From positions 1 to 55,849 of the IMG/VR virus record IMGVR_UViG_3300001535_000005: a stretch of DNA of 55,849 nt; one strand, written 5' to 3'. The position numbers were made by a program, and so were the translations under genes. The stretch comes from a virus (Duplodnaviria; Caudoviricetes). The notes below the pieces were generated by a model that worked only from the letters and a program-made list of their open reading frames with translations, was not told the DNA's origin and did no database searches. Shown piece after piece: positions 8,881 through 16,305 of this stretch. Each line of letters starts with the position of its first letter. Position 1 is the first letter of the stretch.

Positions 8881-9467
8881 GCGAGGCAGCAGGCGATGTG
8901 TTCGCCAAGTACATGATTGAACATGGTGTTGTGCAGACACCGGTCCGGCACGGCGACTGGATGCAGACCGCGACCGGGCGGCAGTTCTGGCCGTTGGATC
9001 CGCACCCCGAGGACATCGATATCAGGGACATCGCCGCGGCGTTGTCGAAGCTGTGCCGCTACGGCGGGCACTGCCATACCTTCTACAGCGTGGCGGAGCA
9101 TTGCGTGCTCGCTGCCCGCGCGGCGCCGCATGAACTGAAACTGACCACACTGCTGCACGATGCAAGCGAGGCGTACCTGTCCGACGTCATCCGCCCGATC
9201 AAGTCGCATCTGACCAACTACCACGCGATCGAAGCGACGCTTGAACAGATAATCGCAAAGCGGTTCGGGTTGCGGTGGCCGATGCCGGCGGAGGTGAATC
9301 GCATCGATAATGCTATGCTGGCTGATGAACGTAACCAGGCAATGCGGGCACCACCGGCTGACTGGAATCTGCCCGAGCCACCGCTGGGAGTGGCGCTGCG
9401 CTTCTGGGGACCGGGCACCGCCGAGCGGGAATTCCTGGATGCATTCTACGAGTATGGCGGCAAATAA
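8877..9467 (+). CDS. HD-domain phosphohydrolase (YfbR/YfdR-like 5'-deoxynucleotidase)
   Basis: RYGGH, YSVAEHC and LLHDASEAYLSD motifs. Confidence 0.88.
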   Translation: MSEAAGDVFAKYMIEHGVVQTPVRHGDWMQTATGRQFWPLDPHPEDIDIRDIAAALSKLCRYGGHCHTFYSVAEHCVLAARAAPHELKLTTLLHDASEAYLSDVIRPIKSHLTNYHAIEATLEQIIAKRFGLRWPMPAEVNRIDNAMLADERNQAMRAPPADWNLPEPPLGVALRFWGPGTAEREFLDAFYEYGGK

Positions 9468-9469
9468 CC

Positions 9470-9498
9470 GTTGACACTCCGCATAAACGTTGTAGGTT
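9470..9498 (+). promoter_or_regulatory. Repeated operator/promoter
   Basis: GTTGACACTCCGCA...TAGGTT. Confidence 0.7.
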
Positions 9499-9514
9499 GG
9501 CACAAATAGGAACG

Positions 9515-9697
9515 ATGATTATGACCCAGCCCCATTGTGCCGCCCGCCCCACCAGCACCGGCGAGGTGCGCTGCGCCAAGTGCCGCATCCTGGTCGACAG
9601 TGAGGCGGACCTGGTGTGCCCTTGCGCTCCCGCGCCGCCGCTGGTGCCAGAGCCGGAGCAGTACGTATCCGCGCTTGCTCCAAACTATTTGCGTTGA
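9515..9697 (+). CDS. Small Cys-rich hypothetical protein
   Basis: CAKC ... CPC; AGGA RBS. Confidence 0.55.
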   Translation: MIMTQPHCAARPTSTGEVRCAKCRILVDSEADLVCPCAPAPPLVPEPEQYVSALAPNYLR

Positions 9698-9721
9698 CTT
9701 TCCGTATTTACGTTGTAGGTT
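9693..9721 (+). promoter_or_regulatory. Repeated operator/promoter
   Basis: GTTGACTTTCCGTA...TAGGTT, then ATG 6 nt later. Confidence 0.7.
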
Positions 9722-9727
9722 TACATC

Positions 9728-9829
9728 ATGAACCGCTTTCATAGTTACATCTACCTCCTGAACCTGTTGCTCGGCGCCGGTGTGCCGTGGGGCGAAGCTG
9801 ACACGATCGCGCGGGAGTTAGGGCTGTGA
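9728..9829 (+). CDS. Small hypothetical protein (33 aa), probably leaderless
   Basis: Read by hand: MNRFHSYIYLLNLLLGAGVPWGEADTIARELGL. Confidence 0.5.
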   Translation: MNRFHSYIYLLNLLLGAGVPWGEADTIARELGL

Positions 9830-9984
9830 AACCGCCCCGGAAGAACCTTTGTCGCTGCAGGACCTTTTGCCTTGAAGATACGGCTGCGACTGGTCGGGTC
9901 TGTCGCCTCGAGCATAATGTCACCAAGGTTGTTGTCGTCAAGCGTCGCACCAAACCACTTCCTGCTGTGGAGCCTAAGGTATGA
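9826..9984 (+). CDS. Small hypothetical protein (52 aa)
   Basis: GTGA and ATGA coupling at the two ends. Confidence 0.45.
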   Translation: MKPPRKNLCRCRTFCLEDTAATGRVCRLEHNVTKVVVVKRRTKPLPAVEPKV

Positions 9985-10301
9985 CAACACTTTATCGCAC
10001 CCCGAACATCATCATAGATGCACATGAATGGCATGCAACGGTCCGATACAAGGCCGGTCGGACGCTGCTGCAGTATCGCTGGCGACCGCTGTCGGGCCAG
10101 CAATACCAGTGGCTCCCGATCACGTCCTGGGTCGGTCCGAAGCCGAAGGGGTTGAGCAAGCGGTTCGCCAAGTACCGGCGCCACATTGACCTCGCGATGA
10201 GCAGTGAGTCACGGCGACGGGAAGCTGCTGCGCTGGTGCGGGCTTTGCCGACCGGGACCATGCTGCGCAATGTGGGCAAGCCATTGGAGGTGGCGGCGTG
10301 A
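9981..10301 (+). CDS. Hypothetical protein
   Basis: GGAG RBS; coupled ORF. Confidence 0.65.
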   Translation: MTTLYRTPNIIIDAHEWHATVRYKAGRTLLQYRWRPLSGQQYQWLPITSWVGPKPKGLSKRFAKYRRHIDLAMSSESRRREAAALVRALPTGTMLRNVGKPLEVAA

Positions 10302-10429
10302 CCGTACACCAAGCAGCCCTAGCCGCCGGCGCCACGGTCCTTGGCGACCCTCCGCACTACCTGATGACGGCAGAGCAGTTGGCGCGGCTGGTCGAGTTGC
10401 TGCAGGCGCCACCGCCTCCGCCTTATTGA
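10298..10429 (+). CDS. Small protein (43 aa), C-terminus APPPPPY
   Basis: GGAGG RBS; GTGA coupling; MTVHQAALAAGATVLGDPPHYLMTAEQLARLVELLQAPPPPPY. Confidence 0.65.
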   Translation: MTVHQAALAAGATVLGDPPHYLMTAEQLARLVELLQAPPPPPY

Positions 10430-10456
10430 AAATAAATGGCGACTCTGCGTTTTGGT

Positions 10457-10485
10457 GTTGACTCTCCGTATTGACGTTGTATGTT
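10457..10485 (+). promoter_or_regulatory. Repeated operator/promoter
   Basis: GTTGACTCTCCGTA...TATGTT. Confidence 0.7.
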
Positions 10486-10519
10486 GGGTCCAACGAAACG
10501 CGCAGCACGGAGCAAGCAA

Positions 10520-10816
10520 ATGACTGACCGCAACGAAGTTTACGCAGTCGCCAAGACCCTTAACGCAAAGATCGCAACCCTCAAGTCTGGCGCAATGATC
10601 AATCAGAAATACGGCCACGAGATCGACGGTGGATACGGCAAACTGGAAACCGCCACCGATGCGATCAAGCCCCTCGCCCGCATGGTGCACTTCTTGCGTC
10701 ACGAAGCCCTCACGGTCAGCGTCAACGTGGGATCTTACGATTTCGCCCTCCGCAACCTTGACCGCGCGGACATGCTGGTCGACCAGATCGGTTTAATCGA
10801 AGGAAGGGTCGCATGA
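10520..10816 (+). CDS. Hypothetical protein
   Basis: GGAG RBS before ATG 10520. Confidence 0.7.
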   Translation: MTDRNEVYAVAKTLNAKIATLKSGAMINQKYGHEIDGGYGKLETATDAIKPLARMVHFLRHEALTVSVNVGSYDFALRNLDRADMLVDQIGLIEGRVA

Positions 10817-11022
10817 TGGGGGACTTCCCCCTTCCTTGGTGTGTCGGCCCGTATGGAGATATATGGGTCGCCGCTGACGTCGAGGTTCGCGAGGGCAAGT
10901 GGCATGCAACCTGCGCCGAGCCGCGTATCGTGGTCACCATGGCGGCGAAGAACCGCGACCTCGCCGAGTTCATTGTCCACTCCGCCAACGCGCAGATGTC
11001 CCCACCACCCCCACCGTATTGA
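10813..11022 (+). CDS. Hypothetical protein, C-terminus SPPPPPY
   Basis: LPW...AEFIVHSAN pattern common in small phage proteins; ATGA coupling. Confidence 0.7.
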   Translation: MMGDFPLPWCVGPYGDIWVAADVEVREGKWHATCAEPRIVVTMAAKNRDLAEFIVHSANAQMSPPPPPY

Positions 11023-11026
11023 TCCC

Positions 11027-12652
11027 ATGACCATCACACTCCGACCGAACCAGATAGCCGCAGCCGACGCTGTCGAGGATGGCTGGCGCGCCGGCATCCT
11101 GCGACCATTGGTTGACTCGTGCGTCGGCTCGGGCAAGTCGCTGACCATCGCCGAACTGGCGCTCCGCGCCTTCGCCCGCGCCGAGCGTAGCCTGGTATTG
11201 GCGCACACGCGCGAACTGGTCGAGCAGAACGCCGGTGCCTGTCGCGCCATGGGGCTGCAGACAGGCATCAATGCGGCTGCGCTCAAGGAACGCTGCTGGC
11301 GCGCACCGGTGATCAGCGCGGCGATCCAGTCCATCTATAAGCACGCGCATTCGTTTGGTCCGATCGGCGACATCTTCATCGACGAGTCGCACCTGCTACC
11401 GCACAGTGAAACCGGCATGTATCGGGAGTTGTTGCGTGCATTCCCCAATGCGCGGGTGGCAGGGTTCAGCGGCACCGTGTTCCGACTGCAAGGCGGTTCG
11501 CTGGTCGAGGGCGAAGGCGCGCCGTTCGACAAGGTCGTGTATCGCTACAGCATCATCGACGGGATCCGTGACGGCTACCTGGTGCCCGCGTTCTCGGCGC
11601 CGGCCGACGATAAAATCGACGTCACCAAACTCAAGACCAAGCAGGGCGAATTCACCGGCGAATCACAAGACGCGCAGATGATCGCGCTGATGGATAATCA
11701 CATCGCGCAGATGCTGCACCATGGGCGCGACCGCCGTGCGTGGCTGGTGTTCGAGGCATCCACCAAGGCTGCGAAGGCGATGGTCGCACGTCTCAACGAA
11801 TGGGGCATCCCGACCGGGCTGGTGCTCGGCGAGACCGCGGCGCCGGAGCGGTCGCAGACGATCGCAGCCTATCGCGCGGGGCGCCTGCGTGCCCTAGTGA
11901 ACGTCGCGGCACTGACCACGGGTTTCGACGTCCAGGAAGTCGACATGCTCGTCATGCGGCGCAAGACCAAGTCGCTCGGGCTATACATCCAGATGACCGG
12001 CCGGCTGCTGCGCACGATCGGCGGCAACATCGCGGCATCGATAGGAGCAGGCAAGCCAGACGGCATCGTGCTGGACTTCGCCGGCAATATCGACGAGCAC
12101 GGCCCGCTCGACTTCATCCGTCCGAAGGACACGGTCGCGCGCCTGATCTCGTGCGAGAATTGCAACAAGCGCGTCGCCGCGGCTGCGGTTAAGTGTTGGT
12201 CCTGCGATGAACCGATGACAAAGCTGTGCCCGGCGTGCCTCTGTTCGGTGCAGAAAGGTGTGATGGATTGCCCCGAGTGCAACTACGACATGCGCGTCCA
12301 AGGTGCGGCGGAACCAAGGAAGGCACAGGCGCTGCTGGACACGCCATCGGGAGCGGCGCTGATCAGTTCGTTCAAGCCGCGATCGGCACTGGACGGCGGC
12401 TGGGTGCCGGTGCGGCGCGCGTGGGATACGGGACTGCTCGACGACGTCGAGGGAGTGCGATGGGTGCTACCGGCCGCGCTGCTGGCACATGCAGCGGATG
12501 CGCGGTGGGTGCGCGGTATGGACGGGGCTGTCGAGGCGATCCTGGTGCCGAACGGTTCTGCGCGGGGGAGTGTGCGGCAGTATGCGGCTCGCGATGGGTC
12601 AATGCTGGTGGTGCCGATGCCTTCGCAAATACCTGTTGACTCTCCGCATTGA
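11027..12652 (+). CDS. SF2 DEAD/DEAH-box helicase with C-terminal zinc ribbons (RadD/YejH-like)
   Basis: LRPNQ, GSGKS, DESH, TGFD and QMTGRLLR motifs; four CxxC pairs. Confidence 0.92.
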   Translation: MTITLRPNQIAAADAVEDGWRAGILRPLVDSCVGSGKSLTIAELALRAFARAERSLVLAHTRELVEQNAGACRAMGLQTGINAAALKERCWRAPVISAAIQSIYKHAHSFGPIGDIFIDESHLLPHSETGMYRELLRAFPNARVAGFSGTVFRLQGGSLVEGEGAPFDKVVYRYSIIDGIRDGYLVPAFSAPADDKIDVTKLKTKQGEFTGESQDAQMIALMDNHIAQMLHHGRDRRAWLVFEASTKAAKAMVARLNEWGIPTGLVLGETAAPERSQTIAAYRAGRLRALVNVAALTTGFDVQEVDMLVMRRKTKSLGLYIQMTGRLLRTIGGNIAASIGAGKPDGIVLDFAGNIDEHGPLDFIRPKDTVARLISCENCNKRVAAAAVKCWSCDEPMTKLCPACLCSVQKGVMDCPECNYDMRVQGAAEPRKAQALLDTPSGAALISSFKPRSALDGGWVPVRRAWDTGLLDDVEGVRWVLPAALLAHAADARWVRGMDGAVEAILVPNGSARGSVRQYAARDGSMLVVPMPSQIPVDSPH

Positions 12653-12663
12653 TGTTGTAGGTT
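12635..12663 (+). promoter_or_regulatory. Repeated operator/promoter
   Basis: GTTGACTCTCCGCA...TAGGTT. Confidence 0.7.
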
Positions 12664-12686
12664 TGCGCTATTGGTAGCAACAGGAG

Positions 12687-12887
12687 ATGACAATGGCGGA
12701 TGGATGGAACGAAGCGTTTCCTAGATTGCTCGGTGAACTCTATCGAAAGGGTGCGCGCGATCAAGAGTTTCGTGGAATTGAGCCTTGTCCATATTGCTGC
12801 AATGGCCAGCGAACAGGATTGCCGGGCAACGCTTGTGAAAACTGCATGAACACCGGGCTTGCAGACCCCACTGCAGTCGCACCATGA
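12687..12887 (+). CDS. Small Zn-finger-like hypothetical protein
   Basis: CPYC...CENC-x-x-TG; AGGAG RBS. Confidence 0.6.
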   Translation: MTMADGWNEAFPRLLGELYRKGARDQEFRGIEPCPYCCNGQRTGLPGNACENCMNTGLADPTAVAP

Positions 12888-13180
12888 CCCACTCCCTCAC
12901 CCAGATCCTCCAACTCTCCGACGCCGGCCACACGCCCGCGCAGGTAGCCACCGCCGTTCCCACGAGCCTGTCAACGGTCTATGCAGTGCTGCGCACCCAC
13001 CGCCCCGCCCGGCCCCGCGCGCCGCGCACGCGCACTGGAGAGAAGCGGCGACTCATCGAGGGACTGCTATCGCGCAAGTGGCAGCCGGTGCGGATCGCGA
13101 CGGTTTTGGGGGTGTCCCCGCAATATGTGTATCGTATAGTGGCGGAGCAGCCACCAGCACTACCACCACCGCCGTATTAG
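12884..13180 (+). CDS. Tandem HTH DNA-binding protein, C-terminus LPPPPY
   Basis: Two HTH-like segments (QVATAVPTSLSTVY; IATVLGVSPQYVYRI). Confidence 0.75.
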   Translation: MTHSLTQILQLSDAGHTPAQVATAVPTSLSTVYAVLRTHRPARPRAPRTRTGEKRRLIEGLLSRKWQPVRIATVLGVSPQYVYRIVAEQPPALPPPPY

Positions 13181-13191
13181 GAGCCAGCCAA

Positions 13192-13395
13192 GTGACCGAC
13201 AAGTACAATGATGGTTACACTCATGAGGCTCTGCATACCGTCTATATCATAGGCGATATGTGGGAGCGTCACGTTGTCGATACCCAATGTGTTGAGGAAT
13301 ACCCGGATATTAAAGATGCGGTCGAACGCGCCAACCAGGCGATTCAGTCCGTTTATCAGTTGATCGGCCAAAAGCTCCACTCGGACGAGGGTTAG
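13192..13395 (+). CDS. Hypothetical protein
   Basis: AGGAG RBS, GTG start; lower GC. Confidence 0.65.
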   Translation: MTDKYNDGYTHEALHTVYIIGDMWERHVVDTQCVEEYPDIKDAVERANQAIQSVYQLIGQKLHSDEG

Positions 13396-13430
13396 GGCTT
13401 TACCGCTGCCGCCTTATTGAGGAGCCTGAG

Positions 13431-13724
13431 ATGCTTTGCCATGACCCACGACTTTCAAATGAGCCTGATCACAAAGTAGAAACGGATAACCCCGCACTGA
13501 TTAACGCTGAACTGATGCGCCAGATGTTTCCCGATCGAGTAGTTGAGTGGAGCGAAGTTGCCAAGGGCGCGGACTATTGTGACGAGCCGATTACCTTGGC
13601 GGATGATCTGCGCGCCGAAGGAGAAGAGTTGCGCCGTCGATTTGTCCATGCGACGCGTCCGAAAGGTCCGATGAGCCTGGATGACGCAATAGCATTGCAT
13701 CGGCGGATGGAGGGTGACAGTTAG
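13431..13724 (+). CDS. Hypothetical protein
   Basis: GAGGAG RBS. Confidence 0.55.
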   Translation: MLCHDPRLSNEPDHKVETDNPALINAELMRQMFPDRVVEWSEVAKGADYCDEPITLADDLRAEGEELRRRFVHATRPKGPMSLDDAIALHRRMEGDS

Positions 13725-13740
13725 GCACCTCCACTTTTAT

Positions 13741-13770
13741 GTTGACTTTCCGCATAAACGGCGACATTGT
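13741..13770 (+). promoter_or_regulatory. Repeated operator/promoter
   Basis: GTTGACTTTCCGCATAAACG. Confidence 0.65.
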
Positions 13771-13796
13771 GCATCAACCAACCAGGGAATGCACAA

Positions 13797-14102
13797 ATGA
13801 CAAAGCAGACGGTTACGGTCACTATCTCGGGACCGGCGGGTTCGGGTAAGGCACGGGTCGCGGATTGGTTGCGTAGCGTCGGGTATAACCGCGCAACCGA
13901 ACGCCTATCAATCGGCAATATCGATTTCGTGGTTGTTGAGCAACAGGACGCGCCCACCAAGTCATCCACGATGGTGATCAACGTCGACACCAACCAAGTG
14001 CCCGATGCCCTTGCGGCTATTGATCGTCTCGCCGGTACCGCGCGTGCGGCTTCGAAGGCGATCGAACGCCTCAACGACTTGACCCGCACGGGGGCAGTCT
14101 AA
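13797..14102 (+). CDS. Hypothetical protein with P-loop-like motif
   Basis: ISGPAGSGKA. Confidence 0.6.
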   Translation: MTKQTVTVTISGPAGSGKARVADWLRSVGYNRATERLSIGNIDFVVVEQQDAPTKSSTMVINVDTNQVPDALAAIDRLAGTARAASKAIERLNDLTRTGAV

Positions 14103-14347
14103 TGGCTTCCACCACCGACCTCTCCGACTATTCCAACTTCTTTACGCGCAGCGGCGCCGACGCCATCGTCCGAGTCATCACCGACTACTGGACCTCGCGC
14201 GGCTACCTCGGCATCCGGGTCGAGAAGTACGAACTGCCCGGCATCACGGCAGGGACGTATGGCGTCCGATCGAATATGGTCGGGGGCATTCCGCCGCGCT
14301 CCAAGAGTCGGACCGCGCTGCTCGGTGCCGCCGTGGTGATCGGATGA
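14102..14347 (+). CDS. Hypothetical phage protein
   Basis: TAATG coupling; YW..RG and VRSNMVGGIP pattern. Confidence 0.7.
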   Translation: MASTTDLSDYSNFFTRSGADAIVRVITDYWTSRGYLGIRVEKYELPGITAGTYGVRSNMVGGIPPRSKSRTALLGAAVVIG

Positions 14348-14484
14348 GCAACCTAATTCTCAATTTCCGGTTCTGGTACTGGCACTTGCAGATTGAGCGT
14401 GACACGCATCGGGTGTGGGTCTCCTTCAATCCGTTTCAGTGGGAACGCGGGATCGGGATGCGTTGGTTCGAGGTCTATCGATGA
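14344..14484 (+). CDS. Small Trp-rich protein (46 aa)
   Basis: Read by hand; ATGA coupling at both ends. Confidence 0.55.
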   Translation: MSNLILNFRFWYWHLQIERDTHRVWVSFNPFQWERGIGMRWFEVYR

Positions 14485-15044
14485 CCTACAACGCACGCCT
14501 CGCCGCCCAAAAGACCGCGCAGGAGAAGAAACAACGCCGCGCGCATCAGAAGTACATGGCGGAGGTGCGCCGTAACGGCAAGGCGATCCCGAGCAAGCGG
14601 ATGCCCGAGTCGCCGATCTCACGGCTGAAGCGGCACCTGGACATCTGGACGTTCACCGCAGCGGACGATATCCTGGCGGCGTACCGTGCCAGCGCGGGCA
14701 TCCTCTCGGCGCGCGACCCCGACATGGACGTGCCGCCGCCCCCGCCGCGTCCGGACGCTGCCGACGACTTCGCCGCGCACCAGTCCGACCTGATGCGCTG
14801 CTACCAGCAATGGCGGACCGACCTGGCCGGCACCAAGGGGCTGCTGGTGACGCAGCAAGTGCTGTTCATGGAACGCAGCCTGCGCGCCATCGACACGGCG
14901 CAGCGGACGCGCAAGGGCACCGCCGTCAAGTTCCTGATCGTGACGCTGCGGCACTTCGCGGCGCTGCGCGGAAACGTCCCCCGCGGCGCGGGGAGTTGGC
15001 GCCTCACACTGAAGCAACCTACCACAGCAAAGGAAGCAGCATGA
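14481..15044 (+). CDS. Putative late transcription regulator (DUF6456-like, C-terminal HTH)
   Basis: Position before the late promoter; ERSLRAID...RKGTAVKFLIVTLRHFA. Confidence 0.5.
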   Translation: MTYNARLAAQKTAQEKKQRRAHQKYMAEVRRNGKAIPSKRMPESPISRLKRHLDIWTFTAADDILAAYRASAGILSARDPDMDVPPPPPRPDAADDFAAHQSDLMRCYQQWRTDLAGTKGLLVTQQVLFMERSLRAIDTAQRTRKGTAVKFLIVTLRHFAALRGNVPRGAGSWRLTLKQPTTAKEAA

Positions 15045-15373
15045 CCACCCGAGCCAAGCCCAAAGCGACACCGGACACCGACAAGGTCCACGCAGCCGAT
15101 CCGACCGGTAACGATACCGTTTGGTCAGTCGGACTGGAACACGACAAGGACGGCGAGCCGCTGGTCACTGCTGGCGGCAAACGAATCGGCACACTGAAAG
15201 CCGTCCGAGCGTTCCTTGCGCGCGTGGCCGACGAAATGCCGCGCCCCACCGAGGACGAACTGGTCGGCATCTGGATGACGGACCAGCGTGCTGCTGGCGC
15301 CACGAATGTCGACCTGAAGCAGGTGGACGACATCCGCACCGGTATCCGCTACGCACTTGGAACCGTTGACTAA
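15041..15373 (+). CDS. Hypothetical protein
   Basis: AAGGAAG RBS; ATGA coupling. Confidence 0.65.
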   Translation: MTTRAKPKATPDTDKVHAADPTGNDTVWSVGLEHDKDGEPLVTAGGKRIGTLKAVRAFLARVADEMPRPTEDELVGIWMTDQRAAGATNVDLKQVDDIRTGIRYALGTVD

Positions 15374-15433
15374 CCGCATAATTGCGGAGAGTTGACAACG
15401 GGGGCCGCTTGTGGCATGTTCGGGTTAGGCGTG
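15365..15433 (+). promoter_or_regulatory. Dyad operator plus putative late promoter 1
   Basis: GTTGACTAACCGCA-taat-TGCGGAGAGTTGAC; TTGACA-N17-CATGTT; near-duplicate at 29698..29766. Confidence 0.7.
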
Positions 15434-15448
15434 CAAAAGCGGCCCCAA

Positions 15449-15812
15449 CACTCCCGCCCGACGCTGCGTAGCGCGACAGACCGCCACTATGATTTAGGGT
15501 CTCGCGTCGCAAAGCCGGCCTCGGACGAGAGTGTTTACACTCAAGAGGTAGGCGGAGGTCGCAGGTTCAAGTCCTGCCGGGGTGCAAACATCCCGTAGCT
15601 CAGTCTGGTAAACGAGCGCCGCCGAGTTCAATTAGCAAGGGACACCGAAAGGTGCGGAGGCGTGGCAGCCTGCTGGGGGATCGCCACGAGCGTGCCGGTC
15701 AGTCCTACCCTCACACAGTGAGGCGTCAGGAGGCGCGGAACAACACGTTGGACGGAAGCTCCCTTGCTGATGTTGCCGCTGCCTCTTGGCGGAGGAAGGA
15801 CGGAGCGGGATG
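15449..15812 (+). ncRNA. Large structured leader RNA upstream of terminase
   Basis: Nested long-range helices 15542-50/15780-88, 15631-42/15760-71 and 15449-60/15801-12, plus several hairpins. Confidence 0.6.
15551..15623 (+). ncRNA. Circularly permuted tRNA-like module (YrlA-like)
   Basis: GGCGG-AGGTC-GCAGG TTCAAGT CCTGC-CGGGGTG caaa CATCCCG-TA-GCTC AGTCTGGTAAAC GAGC-G-CCGCC. Confidence 0.85.
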
Positions 15813-15825
15813 CTTCGTATTTTGT

Positions 15826-16305
15826 ATGGCCCCTCCGACCGTCCGTAACAGCCACACCGCCGCGCAGAAGGCTTTCATCGTCCGCAAGCTGGCAGCATTC
15901 GAGGCGCCCCGCGCCATCGCCGCAGCCTTCGCCGCCGTGTTTCCGGACACATCCTGCAACGAAAACGACATTCTGGCGCTGGACCCGGACAACGCCGCGC
16001 AGTCGTTCGAACTGCACACTCTATTCATGGATACCCGCAAGCGCGTGCTGGCGGACCCCGATTCGGCGCCGTTCGCCGCACAGCAGGCTCGCCTGATCGC
16101 ACTGTCCAATCAGGCCAAGTTCTACGCTGGAAATAACCAGTTCGGGGAGCAGCGCGCAGTCCTGCGGCAGATCGCCGAGGAGCAAGGTGCGATCGGCGCA
16201 AGCAGCAAGACCAAGCCGGGCGCTGCACCCGTAGCCGCCGAGCAGATCGAAGAAATCCGGGTCACCTACATCGACCCCAAGCCGCCCGAGCCGGCCACAG
16301 TCTGA
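15826..16305 (+). CDS. Terminase small subunit (DUF2280-like)
   Basis: QKAFIVRKLAAFEAP N-terminus; TGATG coupling to terL. Confidence 0.75.
   Translation: MAPPTVRNSHTAAQKAFIVRKLAAFEAPRAIAAAFAAVFPDTSCNENDILALDPDNAAQSFELHTLFMDTRKRVLADPDSAPFAAQQARLIALSNQAKFYAGNNQFGEQRAVLRQIAEEQGAIGASSKTKPGAAPVAAEQIEEIRVTYIDPKPPEPATV

Noticed and set aside
8877-9467. 2-aminoadenine (Z) genome pathway
   Set aside because: An HD hydrolase and a DUF5664-like gene are present but no PurZ/adenylosuccinate synthetase homologue is visible
4294-13760. Repeated motif as a CRISPR array
   Set aside because: Copies are dispersed, irregularly spaced and at gene boundaries; no cas operon, and the DUF2800 nuclease is an ordinary phage replication-module gene
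15551-15623. Ordinary tRNA gene or two-piece tmRNA
   Set aside because: The halves are in reversed order with no anticodon loop; it has a full D stem and lacks the Ala-type GGGG acceptor start of tmRNA
15652-15825. 58-aa N-terminal extension of terS given in the ORF track
   Set aside because: Looks non-coding and coincides with the structured RNA; the family-like sequence starts after ATG 15826
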